This document shows, piece after piece, positions 42,803 through 53,477 of a DNA stretch of 64,000 nucleotides. A program made the position numbers and the translations under genes. Numbering within the stretch: position 1 is the stretch's first letter; each line of letters starts with the position of its first letter. This stretch comes from Candidatus Bathyarchaeota archaeon. Lineage in GTDB: Archaea > Thermoproteota > Bathyarchaeia > Bathyarchaeales > Bathycorpusculaceae. The DNA lies in NCBI GenBank assembly GCA_963733095.1, contig CAVTBV010000002.1, positions 1-64,000 on the forward strand. Direction: 5' to 3'. Under the pieces are notes generated by a model that saw only the letters and a program-made list of their open reading frames with translations, was not told the DNA's origin and ran no database searches.

Positions 42803-43104
42803 CGATGAAGCTGAAAGTGGGGAATAAAAACGCTGGAGGCTTGTGAATACTTTTTCCGCTATTGAGCCCAAAACTAATAATTTCATCACTATATTGTTAG
42901 TGTATCGAGGTACGATGAAGCTGAAAGTGGGGAATAAAAACGCTGGAGGCTTGTGAATACTTTTTCCGCTATTGAGCCCAAAACTAATAATTTCATCACT
43001 ATATTGTTAGTGTATCGAGGTACGATGAAGCGGAAGGCGGGGAATTAGTGCTGGACGCTTGTGAATACTTTTTCCGCTATTGAGTCCACAACTAAGAAAT
43101 TTCT
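42794..43104 (+). repeat. 110-bp tandem repeat: two identical copies plus one diverged partial copy
   Basis: Units start with ATCGAGGTACGATGAAGC at 42794, 42904 and 43014. Confidence 0.9.
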
Positions 43105-43221
43105 TAACATTTTACAGATTATCCAGGCAAAAAGTGTCGGGCGGAGAATGATTTGAACCCTGTCCAGAGTTGAGATTTAACCCAACCCAACTTTTTTTTC
43201 AATATTATTTGTTTTAAATAA

Positions 43222-43443
43222 TTGAAGCCTTATAGATATTATGGGGATATGTGTTGGAAGTACAACGGGAGTGCTTCAGAGTTCCCCAATCAATGCAATG
43301 GTTGTCCGGAATATCGGGAATCTTGGCAAGACAATACTGAGCAGCTCATTATGTTGACCGGAATGACTTTTGCTTATCCGCAACAACTGAAAAAACTCGT
43401 TAAAGAGTGCAAAGTGTTCCACAAGCGTGTGGTTGAGTACTAA
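43222..43443 (+). CDS. Small Cys-containing hypothetical protein
   Basis: 73-aa ORF with CNGCP. Confidence 0.35.
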   Translation: MKPYRYYGDMCWKYNGSASEFPNQCNGCPEYRESWQDNTEQLIMLTGMTFAYPQQLKKLVKECKVFHKRVVEY

Positions 43444-43721
43444 AAGTAAGTTGCTGTTTATCACCGAAAAATTCTGCCCTAAAATAAATCCCAGCCAAGA
43501 AATGGGGAAACTTGGGTTCTTTTCAGTTCTCACTCTACTTCTTGCATTATTCCAAGCTATAGCTTGAAACTTACAGGTTGATACTTATCTTGCCTGGGAA
43601 TCGAAATGAACCATATGTGATTCATTTCAGAACTCTAACTGACCTATTGTTCTGAGCAAGGCACCAATAACTACTTTAGCGTTAGTATAGGCCTTGTCGA
43701 AAGAAAAAAAAATGCAATTAC

Positions 43722-44177
43722 TCACCAAGCTCCTTCTGTTCCATGTATCTCAAAATGCCCAATACCCGATGCGTAAGGTTTGAATGTAAATGTCATCTGT
43801 ACAGAGTTGTACGTACCATTATTGGATAATGAGTAACGATCCGGACTTTGTTCGTAGTATTTCCAGATTAGTGAGATGTTTCCCCACAATAAGTCGGTTG
43901 GAATAGTTATTTTAAATAACACAGTTTTTTCACACGATCCAAAGAAGTCAACCGAAACATACTTCAAATTAGTCAAGGATGAGTTAGATAAGTCAACCTT
44001 CGGCGCAGAATTCCAGTTGGTTACAATAGTTATAATGTAGATTTTCTCTCCAACTGAAATAGGGTAAGTGTATGATTTGCTACCTGCTATTTCAAACCAT
44101 AGAAGCCCAGCTACCAATGATGAAATTAGGATTACTGCTATAACGGTTATCTTTAATGTCCTTCTCTTCATAAGCAT
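43722..44177 (-). CDS. Exported hypothetical protein
   Basis: N-terminal TM; ITIPTDLLWG pattern. Confidence 0.6.
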   Translation of the reverse strand: MLMKRRTLKITVIAVILISSLVAGLLWFEIAGSKSYTYPISVGEKIYIITIVTNWNSAPKVDLSNSSLTNLKYVSVDFFGSCEKTVLFKITIPTDLLWGNISLIWKYYEQSPDRYSLSNNGTYNSVQMTFTFKPYASGIGHFEIHGTEGAW

Positions 44178-44282
44178 CCATTAGTTTATAAATAGCATGT
44201 AAAATCAGGGTGGATTTAATTTAAAAAATTAAGAAATATTAGGTTATGGTTGGGAGGGAAAGAAAGAGGGGGTTAGCTCTTT

Positions 44283-44507
44283 TTAGTAGGGCTCTTTCTT
44301 GCCGGTCATGTATGCCCATGCGCCGACGATTGCGACGGTTAGGACTGCACCTGCAAATCCCGCAACCATGAAGCTTGTTAAGCTGGCAAGTGATGGCAAT
44401 ACTATGATGAGCCAGGGAATAAAGTATGTTGCTGTGACTTGTGCGATGACGCCTGCTACGAAGCCTAAAAGAGCTATTAAACCGAATACTTTTAATCTGC
44501 TATTCAT
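44283..44507 (-). CDS. Small two-TM membrane protein divergent from the cdv operon
   Basis: AGGTGA RBS; two hydrophobic helices. Confidence 0.7.
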   Translation of the reverse strand: MNSRLKVFGLIALLGFVAGVIAQVTATYFIPWLIIVLPSLASLTSFMVAGFAGAVLTVAIVGAWAYMTGKKEPY

Positions 44508-44733
44508 TCATTTCACCTTTTTATTTTAGGAGTTAGTTGGCGCTTCTTTTTAGTCTAACTTACACGTTTCTGTCTAATCTTGTGTGTGCCGCTATCTTGT
44601 TTAACGTTTCTAGTTAAAGGGTTAGCGCAATTTTGCCATGACGTATAGCTGTACATATATACGTGCATATTTCCATCATATTAACAATGTATAAGATTAT
44701 TTTCTGCATCTTGTGCTTGCAGAGGTAATCAAA

Positions 44734-45393
44734 TTGTCAGAAAGATTCGCTAAAAAGTGGGAAAGTAAACGGGACGATGAGCCCTTCGCAAACCGCATTA
44801 AAGACGCAGTTAAACCACCAGGACCACTAAAACCGCGCCTTGACTTCGCCGTCAGACGCATAGAGCTTCAAGTACAGAAGCTAGACCAAGCAACAGACCG
44901 TTTTGGCCAAAGAGACAAAGCAATTTTCGCAAGAATCGTCGATGCTTACACCAAACACGACAGTGCACGCGCAAACGTATTCGCAAACGAGCTAGCTGAA
45001 GTTAGGAAAATGTCAAAGTTAATTATGAACGCTAAACTTGCTCTCGAGCAAATCACTTTAAGATTACGAACAGTATCCGAACTAGGCGACGTTGTTTCAA
45101 CTCTCGGGCCAGCCGTGGGTGTTCTACGCTCAGTCAAAGCAGGCTTAGTCAGCGTATTTCCAGAAGCAGAAAGTGAACTAGGCGAAATCGGCAATATGCT
45201 AAGCGGAATCATGATTGAAGCAGGCCAAGGAAGCGGAATGACACTTAACTTCGATACAGTCAACGAGGACGCATCAAAGATTCTAACAGAAGCAGCCACA
45301 GTTGCAGAACAAAAGATCAAAGACAAGTTCCCAGATCTGCCCCCCGGAATGCCATCATCCCCAGCTTCTCAAGCAGAGAAAACAACATTCTAA
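44734..45393 (+). CDS. cdvB: ESCRT-III/Snf7 family cell division protein (CdvB paralog)
   Basis: ANVFANELAEVRK..LALEQITLRLRTVSELGD..ILTEAATVAE..FPDLP. Confidence 0.9.
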   Translation: MSERFAKKWESKRDDEPFANRIKDAVKPPGPLKPRLDFAVRRIELQVQKLDQATDRFGQRDKAIFARIVDAYTKHDSARANVFANELAEVRKMSKLIMNAKLALEQITLRLRTVSELGDVVSTLGPAVGVLRSVKAGLVSVFPEAESELGEIGNMLSGIMIEAGQGSGMTLNFDTVNEDASKILTEAATVAEQKIKDKFPDLPPGMPSSPASQAEKTTF

Positions 45394-45415
45394 AAGAGGA
45401 GGATAAAACACAAAA

Positions 45416-46132
45416 ATGTCTAACTCCAATCTTTTTCTTTCTATTGGTAAGCCAATAAAGAATGAATATGGACGAATAATTGGTAAAGTTGCCTCTTTTG
45501 CATTAACTCCAAACGGAAAATTCGAAGCCGTATACGTAGAGTTTGGCGATGGCCAATTCACAAAGCAACCCATGGAAAGCCTGCGGTTTAACGGCGCCGA
45601 AGTCACATTCATTTCCAAAATCAAAAACCAAGCCAGCGTACTTTGCGACCACATCCCCTTAATCTGGCGCAAAGACGAAGCCTTAAAAGACCTAGTAGAC
45701 AAAAAGAAAATCACATCTGATGTCTACCAAGACCTCCACAACAGCTTCACAAGCGTATTAACCCAACTTAAAAAAGACGCCCAAATCATCATCGACGAGT
45801 CCTCAGTAGAAATAGACCGTTGCGCAGAAGAAATAACCTCCCTAAGCTACGCCATCGCAAACCTAGAAATTGAACATGAAATTGGAAAAATCGACGATGA
45901 AAACTACCGCCAAGCATTCGCACTACTCCAAGAAACCCTCAGACGCGCAACCACAGAAAAAACTGACTTCGAACTCACAAAAAGCAAACTCTCAAGTGTT
46001 CTGTTAGGCGACCAATCACAGAATCAGGTGAAAACCAACAAAGTCTACGCTGAACAAGTATCTAACGCTACAAAGCTCCCCGAGCCCCCAGTGGTTGTTT
46101 ACGTTAAAGAAATAGGAAAAGCTGGAATTTAA
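45416..46132 (+). CDS. cdvA: CdvA-like protein
   Basis: N-terminal PRC-barrel (IGKPIKNEYGRIIGKV), coiled coil, C-terminal PVVVYV beta-peptide. Confidence 0.82.
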   Translation: MSNSNLFLSIGKPIKNEYGRIIGKVASFALTPNGKFEAVYVEFGDGQFTKQPMESLRFNGAEVTFISKIKNQASVLCDHIPLIWRKDEALKDLVDKKKITSDVYQDLHNSFTSVLTQLKKDAQIIIDESSVEIDRCAEEITSLSYAIANLEIEHEIGKIDDENYRQAFALLQETLRRATTEKTDFELTKSKLSSVLLGDQSQNQVKTNKVYAEQVSNATKLPEPPVVVYVKEIGKAGI

Positions 46133-46174
46133 TCAGTCTAAACTGTGAAGTGTATAGGTGTGGAGGGCTAAAAA

Positions 46175-47080
46175 ATCAAAAGCTTCACTAACCCAACCCC
46201 TCCCCCTATACGTGAAGTTGCAACAAAATCTATTTGTACCTTAAAAGTCCAGCAGAACAAGCTGGAACAGGCGAGTTTTCGCTTAAAGGAGCGAGACCGC
46301 ACTCTTTTTGAAACCTGCATGTTTGCTTTGAAGAAGAATAACAAAGAAAAAGCCGCAATGTGCGCCACAGAGATTGCGGAAGTTCGAAAACTTGTAAAAT
46401 TTCTCTACAACGTCCAACTAGCAATTGAACGTGTGGTTTTGCGCCTTGAAACCATAAAGGAACTCGGCGATATCGTTGCGGACCTCAAACCCGCGTTAAA
46501 GCTGCTTCAAGGTGTTTCTCAAGAGCTATTCCAAGTATTGCCTGATGTTAGCTCAGAACTAAATACTGTTAACCAAACTATCCAAGATACTCTTCACGCC
46601 ACCAAGCTGACTGCCGATGAGTCGGTTATTCCAGTTGGCAAGAAGACAGAGGCTGGAGAAGAAATCCTAAAAGAAGTCTCCTGTTTTATGGAGCAGAAAC
46701 TGACTGAGACGCTTCCTGAACCGCCTGTAACTGAGTCTGTACAGAAACCAGTGAAGGAGAAAACCCCGATAAGAGAGCTGGTTGCTCTAACCGCGAGTTC
46801 TTCACAGGTATTCTCGAAGAAAACCGTGGAAGAAACCGGTTTTGACCCTGAGAAAACTCTGTTAACCTACAGGAAATCTGAAGTTAAAGAGTTCTCACTT
46901 AAAGTCGAGAAACCCTGTTTGGAAGATGTGTTGATGGAGTATGTTCGTAAAACTAATGGCGAAATTGATTTAAGTCAATGTAGCAATGAACTTCAGACTT
47001 CAAACGAAGAGATTGAACGTGCCCTTGAGAATTTGGGAACCAAAGGCAAAATAAAGATTGAGTTACGTTCGCCTGAATAA
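46175..47080 (+). CDS. cdvB: ESCRT-III CdvB with C-terminal winged helix; homology extends to a non-canonical ATC start
   Basis: CATEIAEVRK..LAIERVVLRLETIKELGD; C-terminal MEYVRKTNGEIDL..LGTKGKI; frame open from 46172. Confidence 0.82.
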   Translation: MKSFTNPTPPPIREVATKSICTLKVQQNKLEQASFRLKERDRTLFETCMFALKKNNKEKAAMCATEIAEVRKLVKFLYNVQLAIERVVLRLETIKELGDIVADLKPALKLLQGVSQELFQVLPDVSSELNTVNQTIQDTLHATKLTADESVIPVGKKTEAGEEILKEVSCFMEQKLTETLPEPPVTESVQKPVKEKTPIRELVALTASSSQVFSKKTVEETGFDPEKTLLTYRKSEVKEFSLKVEKPCLEDVLMEYVRKTNGEIDLSQCSNELQTSNEEIERALENLGTKGKIKIELRSPE

Positions 47081-47100
47081 GAGAAGGAGAGAGAAAATCG

Positions 47101-48291
47101 ATGAGTGCATCAAACGAACTTGAAAGATCAGCAACAGCTTATGCCCTAGACGCTGTACGCTTGGATAAGCAAGGGCAAAAAGGAAGAGCCATTACCCTCT
47201 ATCAAAAAGCAATAGAAAGCCTCCTGCAACTTGTGCAGCTATACCCCGAGTACGGCTTAAACAAAGTCTACGTGCAACGGGCAATAGCGTATCAAGAGCG
47301 GATTAAAGCGCTTCAGGGAACAGTTTCATCTATTGAAATGAATGAAGCAGCTAACAGCAATGAGGGCGGAGGTGGAGCAACCATGGAGGGAAATGGAAAC
47401 GGCAATGGCACGGGTGGAAAACCAAATGAGGAGCTTGTAATGACGGAGAAGCCGAAGGTTAGTTGGGCCGAAGTAGTTGGGTTGGATACCGCAAAGAAAG
47501 CAGTTAAAGAAGCCATAGTTTACCCTGTGCAACGCCCCGATCTGTTCCCGCTCGGGTGGCCTCGCGGCATCTTGCTGTTTGGTCCGCCTGGATGCGGCAA
47601 AACCCTGCTGGCGGCAGCGGTTGCTACAGAAATTGATGCGAACTTTTACAGTATAGACGCTGCTTCGATTATGTCAAAGTGGCTTGGGGAAGCTGAACAG
47701 AACGTTGCAAAACTGTTCGGGTCAGCACGCAAGTCAGCGACAGATGGTAAACCCGCAATTGTCTTCGTTGACGAGTTGGATTCACTTATGGGTAATCACT
47801 CAAACGAGGTCGGCGGTGAAATCCGCGTTAAAAACCAGTTCCTAAAAGAGATGGATGGAATAGTCGACAAAGGCAAAGCATTGCATGTTTACGTGATTGG
47901 CGCAACAAACAAACCGTGGGATTTGGACTGGGCATTTATCAGAAGGTTCCAGAAACGTATTTTGGTTCCGTTAGCAGACCATAAGACACGGCTGAACATG
48001 TTGAAGCTTTATTCGAGTAACCTGCAAATTGATTCAAACGTGGACTTGCAAGAGTTAGCGCGTCTTGCAGAAGGTTTCTCAGGTAGCGACATACGCGACG
48101 TGTGCCAATCGGCGCAGTTGAGCTTAATCGGGGAATTCTTCGAGTCAGGCCAAGCGATGAATAAAGAAGCCAAACCGCGCGCTTTAACGATGGCTGATTT
48201 CCGGCAAATCTTCGAGGAACGCAAACCATCAGTCTCCCTCGACATGCTCTCGCAATACAACCGATGGTTCGAAGCATTTAAAGCACTATAG
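47101..48291 (+). CDS. cdvC: Vps4-like AAA+ ATPase with MIT domain
   Basis: N-terminal MIT; GPPGCGKT, FVDELD, ATNKPW, RRFQKR. Confidence 0.93.
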   Translation: MSASNELERSATAYALDAVRLDKQGQKGRAITLYQKAIESLLQLVQLYPEYGLNKVYVQRAIAYQERIKALQGTVSSIEMNEAANSNEGGGGATMEGNGNGNGTGGKPNEELVMTEKPKVSWAEVVGLDTAKKAVKEAIVYPVQRPDLFPLGWPRGILLFGPPGCGKTLLAAAVATEIDANFYSIDAASIMSKWLGEAEQNVAKLFGSARKSATDGKPAIVFVDELDSLMGNHSNEVGGEIRVKNQFLKEMDGIVDKGKALHVYVIGATNKPWDLDWAFIRRFQKRILVPLADHKTRLNMLKLYSSNLQIDSNVDLQELARLAEGFSGSDIRDVCQSAQLSLIGEFFESGQAMNKEAKPRALTMADFRQIFEERKPSVSLDMLSQYNRWFEAFKAL

Positions 48292-48731
48292 GAGGAAAAA
48301 AGAAAAGAAACCGTAAATGGATGGGTAATGTGGAAAGGCTTGGAGAACATTAATTTTTAATCGCTCTCCCTTCTCCCCCTCAAACAATATCTCTAAACCC
48401 CACAAAACAACCCATCCCAAAACATTTTCCTCCGCTCTTTTTTCAGCTTAAGCACTGATTTTCAGCATGTTAATGCACTTGTTTTTAGTTAAACCGACCC
48501 TATCCCTCTTAGAGATAGACCCCTCAATAGTTTCTGCAAAGAAAAAATATTTGGATCTTGATAAGTCCCTAATATGAACACCAAAGCCTTCTGTCTTGCT
48601 TCAAAAACCCCCTAAAATCAGAGCCTAACAACAGCGACGCAAAAAGCAAGACCGTAAAGAAAAATCAAAACTTCCACAACGAAAATTTAAATCCAAGCTT
48701 AACCTATTCGCTAAAAGGTTGACAATTAGCA

Positions 48732-49283
48732 ATGAACTTTTGGAAAGACCTCCCAGCAGGAGATAATCCCCCTGAACTTCTAAATATGGTCATTGAAGTT
48801 ATAAGTGGCTCTCGAGATAAGTATGAGTACAACCTAAAATGGGAAGCCTTCGAACTGGACAGAATTATTCCTTCATCGGTAGTTTTCCCTGTTGAATACG
48901 GGTTTGTTCCTCAGACATGGTTTGACGATGATGACCCCTTAGATATTATGGTTATCAGCCACGCGCCCCTCACGGTAGGTTGCATAGTTAAGGTCTTTGT
49001 CATAGGCGCTCTGATAATCGAAGACGAAGGAGGCTTAGATGCGAAGATTCTTTCTGTGTTAGTCAACGATGCTCGGTCCGAAGGTTACCGCAACATAACC
49101 GACATTCACAGGCACAGATTAATAGAGATTCAAGAGTTCTTTGAAACTTACAAAAGGCTTGAACCCCACAAGTGGGTAAAGGTTAGAGCTTGGAAAAACG
49201 CTGAGGAAGCCTGGGAAATCGTAAGGTATGCCATGGAAAAGTACCGTGAACTAAACGAAAAGCCACCTGCAAACCATAAATGA
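48732..49283 (+). CDS. ppa: Inorganic pyrophosphatase (family I)
   Basis: YGFVPQTWFDDDDPLD, FFETYK. Confidence 0.93.
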   Translation: MNFWKDLPAGDNPPELLNMVIEVISGSRDKYEYNLKWEAFELDRIIPSSVVFPVEYGFVPQTWFDDDDPLDIMVISHAPLTVGCIVKVFVIGALIIEDEGGLDAKILSVLVNDARSEGYRNITDIHRHRLIEIQEFFETYKRLEPHKWVKVRAWKNAEEAWEIVRYAMEKYRELNEKPPANHK

Positions 49284-50160
49284 ACATTTTTGTGTTTCAC
49301 CTTTTTTTTAAGATACCTTCAAATCACTCTTTTGTTCGTACTATGCCGAACCATGTTCTTAACTTAGCTTTTTCTTTTTTTAGCTGAGCGCGCTGGAAAT
49401 GAAGTCCACTTCTACCTAAACGGCGTTGAACCATTATTCGTTACAGGCTTAACTTACGACAACAACACAAGCATTGATCATGTTTTGGTAAGAGGTGGAA
49501 TAACGCTTATAGAGCAATTTCGTGATACTGGTGCAAGCGAAGCTACTTCAACTGAATATATCGGACCCGTACAGCCTTCAATGGCCGACGCACTATATTT
49601 GACTCCTCAATTAGCGGAAAAACCGCTGAAACCAGCTGGTTTACCAAATACATAGTTAATTATCCTTTTTTATTTTTTTTGCGAAATTTTTTGTCTTTTT
49701 ACCTGGCTTGTATCTTTTCTTAGTCCAAAACGTTTCCGCATTCATTTTGCATTATTTCTATTCTTCCCCTTTCTTTTCACTCGTTTGAGGTGGGTTCATG
49801 GGGCGATTTTAGTTGTTTTCGTATAATCAGAAAGAGCGCTGAACGGACTGCAGCGGCTATTGCTACGGTTGTGCCGATGATGAGTTACGCTTTCGAGGCA
49901 AGCATGGAGGTTTCCAGAAACGGAAGTGAGCCGATAAGGCTGAATAATGCACAGCTGATCCAGCTAACGATATGCCTATCGACAACAAAATAGTGTCGAC
50001 TATGCCTAACTATGAGAAGCTTTTTGATGCGTTTCTTTGGGGCTGTTTCCGCTTCATTCGCGTATTCTTTGATTGTCGCTTTAATTTCATTTAGGATTGG
50101 GGATTATTTCTCTAAGGGACATTTTATCGATATCTTGTTTTGTCTTCACTTGGGTTATTT

Positions 50161-50760
50161 TTAGGGTGCGCTTTTCATTTCTTCCCTAAACGTTTCTTCG
50201 AGCATCTTTTTGTTTATGCCAATTTCCTCTGCTAGACGTTTAACTTGTTTTACGTAGGTGCGGAAGAGGCTTTGGAGGATATCGGCTTTTTCTGTTTCGT
50301 TAAGTTCTTTTTCTTGAGCCATGAGTAGGGCGAACCATTTACCCAGGTTGGTAAGTTGGTAGGTTTTGATCCAGATGGTGCGACCTTCTTTTTCGTTTTT
50401 TTCCATGGATTCATTTAGGACGCCCAGTGCGGTTAGGGTTTTGAGGTTTCCTATGATAGTTTTGTTGCTGTAGTTGAGAGTGTTAACCAGATCTTTTTGG
50501 TAGATGTTCTTGGCGATGCCTTGTTTTAGGCTGAAGCGAAGTATGTCGACGCCTGCTTTGCTGCCGAAGATCGCGGAAAGGATTTTATCTTTTTTTTCTG
50601 TCTTTGGAAGAAATACTACATAGGGATGTAACTTCTCGATCAATGCGCATCCATCTACTTTCTTATCCGCCGACTTTACATTTAAAAATATCCCCCAACC
50701 TCTATACGCCATATAGAATTCGCTGTTGCTCCACATTAAAATCCGTGAATTTAGGCTCAA
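50161..50760 (-). CDS. Winged-helix protein
   Basis: YSNKTIIGNLKTL..TYQLTNLGKW. Confidence 0.65.
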   Translation of the reverse strand: MSLNSRILMWSNSEFYMAYRGWGIFLNVKSADKKVDGCALIEKLHPYVVFLPKTEKKDKILSAIFGSKAGVDILRFSLKQGIAKNIYQKDLVNTLNYSNKTIIGNLKTLTALGVLNESMEKNEKEGRTIWIKTYQLTNLGKWFALLMAQEKELNETEKADILQSLFRTYVKQVKRLAEEIGINKKMLEETFREEMKSAP

Positions 50761-50826
50761 TTTTGAAAAAGTGTTTTATACCACAACAACACTCTGAAAA
50801 GTCCACAGAAGACAGAGGGCAATTAC

Positions 50827-51837
50827 ATGAAAAAAATCATAGCTTACATTCTTATTTTTCTCACTGCCTGCTCGATGAGTGCTATTTTGGTTCCTAGCGC
50901 CCACAGCCAAACCGACAACGTCAAAATCGTGAGCTACAGCTACTACCTCGACTCAAGCTATTTCCTCAACGTAGTCGGCGAAGTTCAAAATGTGGGCACC
51001 AACACGGTTGACCCTGTGTTTTTAACAGGTGTCGTAACTACACCGGGTGGTCAGACGCAGAATTCTTATACGCAGGTTTGGGTTTCGGACTTGGTTCCTG
51101 GTCAAAAGGCACCTTTTGATATGATATTTTATCCTTTGCAAAACACTAATGGTTGGTTCCTCGACGAAGTTGGAGACATCAGCTTAACGGTTGCCATAGC
51201 AAACGCAACTTCTAATTATCAATACCCTGACTTAGCCATAACAAGCAGCTCCGGCGCAGTCGGCGACAGCGGCAATTACAGCGGCGCCTACGTCGTTAAC
51301 GGCGTCATAACGAACACGGGTACACAAGCCGCGACCAACTTAACAGTAGTTGGAGCCTTCTTTAACTCAACCGGCGCCGTGGTTGCGGTAGGATACACAA
51401 ATTACCTAACGCCCACCGTTCTTGAGCCTTCTGCGACCCTGCCCTTCCAGATTGCAGCCTTTGACATAAACCAAACAAACGTGCCGGCAGCCATGAAAAT
51501 CACAAGCTACTCACTGTTGGTGCAAACGGAGGAGCCGATTTTGAAGGGGACCGCTCCGCAGGCTACACCATACACGGGTTCGGGCAGCGGAGAGCATAAT
51601 CCAACACCCACCCTTGCACCAGGACAAACTTCACAGAACAGTTCAGGTTCCAATATCCTGGGTGGATCCCAAACAAACACGTTCATCTACGCGGCAGTGC
51701 TTGCAGTAATCATTGTAGTGATTGCGACGGCTTTCCTAGTCTTTAGAAAAAAACGCGGCACCTCCGAATCAGCCGCCCCAGCTGAGAAACCTGCACCTGT
51801 CTATAAGCCAAAGCCTACCCGAAGAAACCGAAAGTAG
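50827..51837 (+). CDS. Surface protein with FxLYD-like Ig domains and C-terminal anchor
   Basis: Signal peptide; VVGEVQNVG and VNGVITNTG repeats; C-terminal TM plus basic tail. Confidence 0.75.
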   Translation: MKKIIAYILIFLTACSMSAILVPSAHSQTDNVKIVSYSYYLDSSYFLNVVGEVQNVGTNTVDPVFLTGVVTTPGGQTQNSYTQVWVSDLVPGQKAPFDMIFYPLQNTNGWFLDEVGDISLTVAIANATSNYQYPDLAITSSSGAVGDSGNYSGAYVVNGVITNTGTQAATNLTVVGAFFNSTGAVVAVGYTNYLTPTVLEPSATLPFQIAAFDINQTNVPAAMKITSYSLLVQTEEPILKGTAPQATPYTGSGSGEHNPTPTLAPGQTSQNSSGSNILGGSQTNTFIYAAVLAVIIVVIATAFLVFRKKRGTSESAAPAEKPAPVYKPKPTRRNRK

Positions 51838-51950
51838 CCACCAACCTTCTTTTCAGATTTTTTAATTTTTAAAAAAAACCTTGAAATTGCAGTTAACGAT
51901 TCAGCTCTAATCTTGGTCGATTGCAGAATAGTTAATTATGCTTTAGTTAA

Positions 51951-52847
51951 GTGTGCCAGACTTTAAATATTTCCAGTATACAATGCATAACTATGAGTTT
52001 CAGACCGCAAACAGGTTCACGCCGAGGTGCAGCAGGCAAACAATTCTCTAAAACTGAGCATGCCAAAAAAACAAAGGAAAAAAAGCAACGGACAGGCGCC
52101 AAGTACCTGCGAGAAGAAACCCCGCAGGTTTCTGCACAAGAGGAAGCTGAGAAGACCCTTAATAGCTTGGGCAAGTTGGGGAACCAAATTTTTGCGCTCT
52201 CTCCATTTAGCCAATACTTTGATGATTGGCTTGTTAACCTGCGGCAGGTAGTTTCAGAGTTTGAATCCAACTCAGCCATAATGGCTGATGAACAATTTGT
52301 AAAAGAGCGTGTCCAGATTTTTCTGGATGTTGAAGGAGCGCTTGCCGAGAATAGGCTTGCTGAATCAAACATTACTGCAGAAGCAAAAGCCTTAGCTGAC
52401 AATAACCACCTCATTGTTGAAGCGGACAAAGAATATGCTGAAACAACAAGGGACCGCAGCAATAAGCGGAATTCGGAAGTCCAACGGTTATCCAATAAAA
52501 TCCGTGAACTCGAAGAACTACTATCGGCACAGCAGGAAGTGAAAATCAGCTTCTACAAGTTCAGTGCAAAACGAAAAGCAGCCGAACAGTTGGCTCAGAC
52601 AACCCAGGACCTCAAATCAGCAAAAAATGAGTTAGAAGTAACACTGCAAACCTTTACAGCTGAGCAAGAAAAACTCCATGATAACTACCAGAAACGCAAG
52701 CAGGAACTTAACGAAAACTCTGACCGCCTCCACAAAGAACTTGAGAAACTTGAAACTGACACCTCTACCGAGGCAAGGCAAGCAGCATGCAATGCGTTGG
52801 TTTGTGCCATAAACGCTTTGCTCAAGAGGATGCCACCGACGAGCTGA
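51951..52847 (+). CDS. Coiled-coil hypothetical protein
   Basis: 298-aa helical ORF. Confidence 0.6.
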   Translation: MCQTLNISSIQCITMSFRPQTGSRRGAAGKQFSKTEHAKKTKEKKQRTGAKYLREETPQVSAQEEAEKTLNSLGKLGNQIFALSPFSQYFDDWLVNLRQVVSEFESNSAIMADEQFVKERVQIFLDVEGALAENRLAESNITAEAKALADNNHLIVEADKEYAETTRDRSNKRNSEVQRLSNKIRELEELLSAQQEVKISFYKFSAKRKAAEQLAQTTQDLKSAKNELEVTLQTFTAEQEKLHDNYQKRKQELNENSDRLHKELEKLETDTSTEARQAACNALVCAINALLKRMPPTS

Positions 52848-53282
52848 GCTTTAAGTGTTTTTGAAACTATATTCTTAGTTAAAAAAAAGACTTAAAATCT
52901 AAAAAATTGAATTGTAATTTGTTTAGATAAAAGTAAACAACTTTCTTGATTTTTTCTAAAAAGCAATCGATTTATTGTCAAATAGACATAGTTATTGACA
53001 CATTCCAGATTTCATTTGGGATACGAGAAGTTTCAAATAAAAGTTATATTAAGGTTATGAAAAAAATTGTAATTTACGGCAAACGTTTTAAGGATTTACG
53101 GTTGGTTTGTATCTGTTAGATATCTTTTTTCTTTATTTCACCAATAGAAAAAAAGTTCTTTCACCGCAAATTAAATGGGTGTTGACTTGTGATAGATGCA
53201 GTTTTATATAGAAAATTTATTCGTTGGTGATTTCTCCACTCCGCACCCAACCCCTTTTTTTCTTTTTTTGGAGGCTTCTTAG

Positions 53283-53477
53283 TTGACTAGCGAAGCCGAG
53301 TTTACGGTTTCGGGCTTTAAAAGCCGCAAGCGTGAACACCGAGCCGACAAAGGCAAAAAACACAACTATCCAGAGGTCCGAGAAGCGCCTTATACCTACT
53401 GCAAAAAGCGGCGCTTAGGGAAAGCAAAGAATGTCAGAGGCTACCAGTTACCCATGACTGTTTTTGTTCGCAATTAA
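53283..53477 (+). CDS. Small basic hypothetical protein
   Basis: GGAGG RBS; RKREHRADKGKKH. Confidence 0.4.
   Translation: MTSEAEFTVSGFKSRKREHRADKGKKHNYPEVREAPYTYCKKRRLGKAKNVRGYQLPMTVFVRN

Noticed and set aside
42794-43104. CRISPR array
   Set aside because: The 110-bp units are identical throughout, with no unique spacers and no cas genes in the window
49390-50080. Start-less coding-like fragments downstream of ppa
   Set aside because: Probably decayed genes, but no family could be assigned
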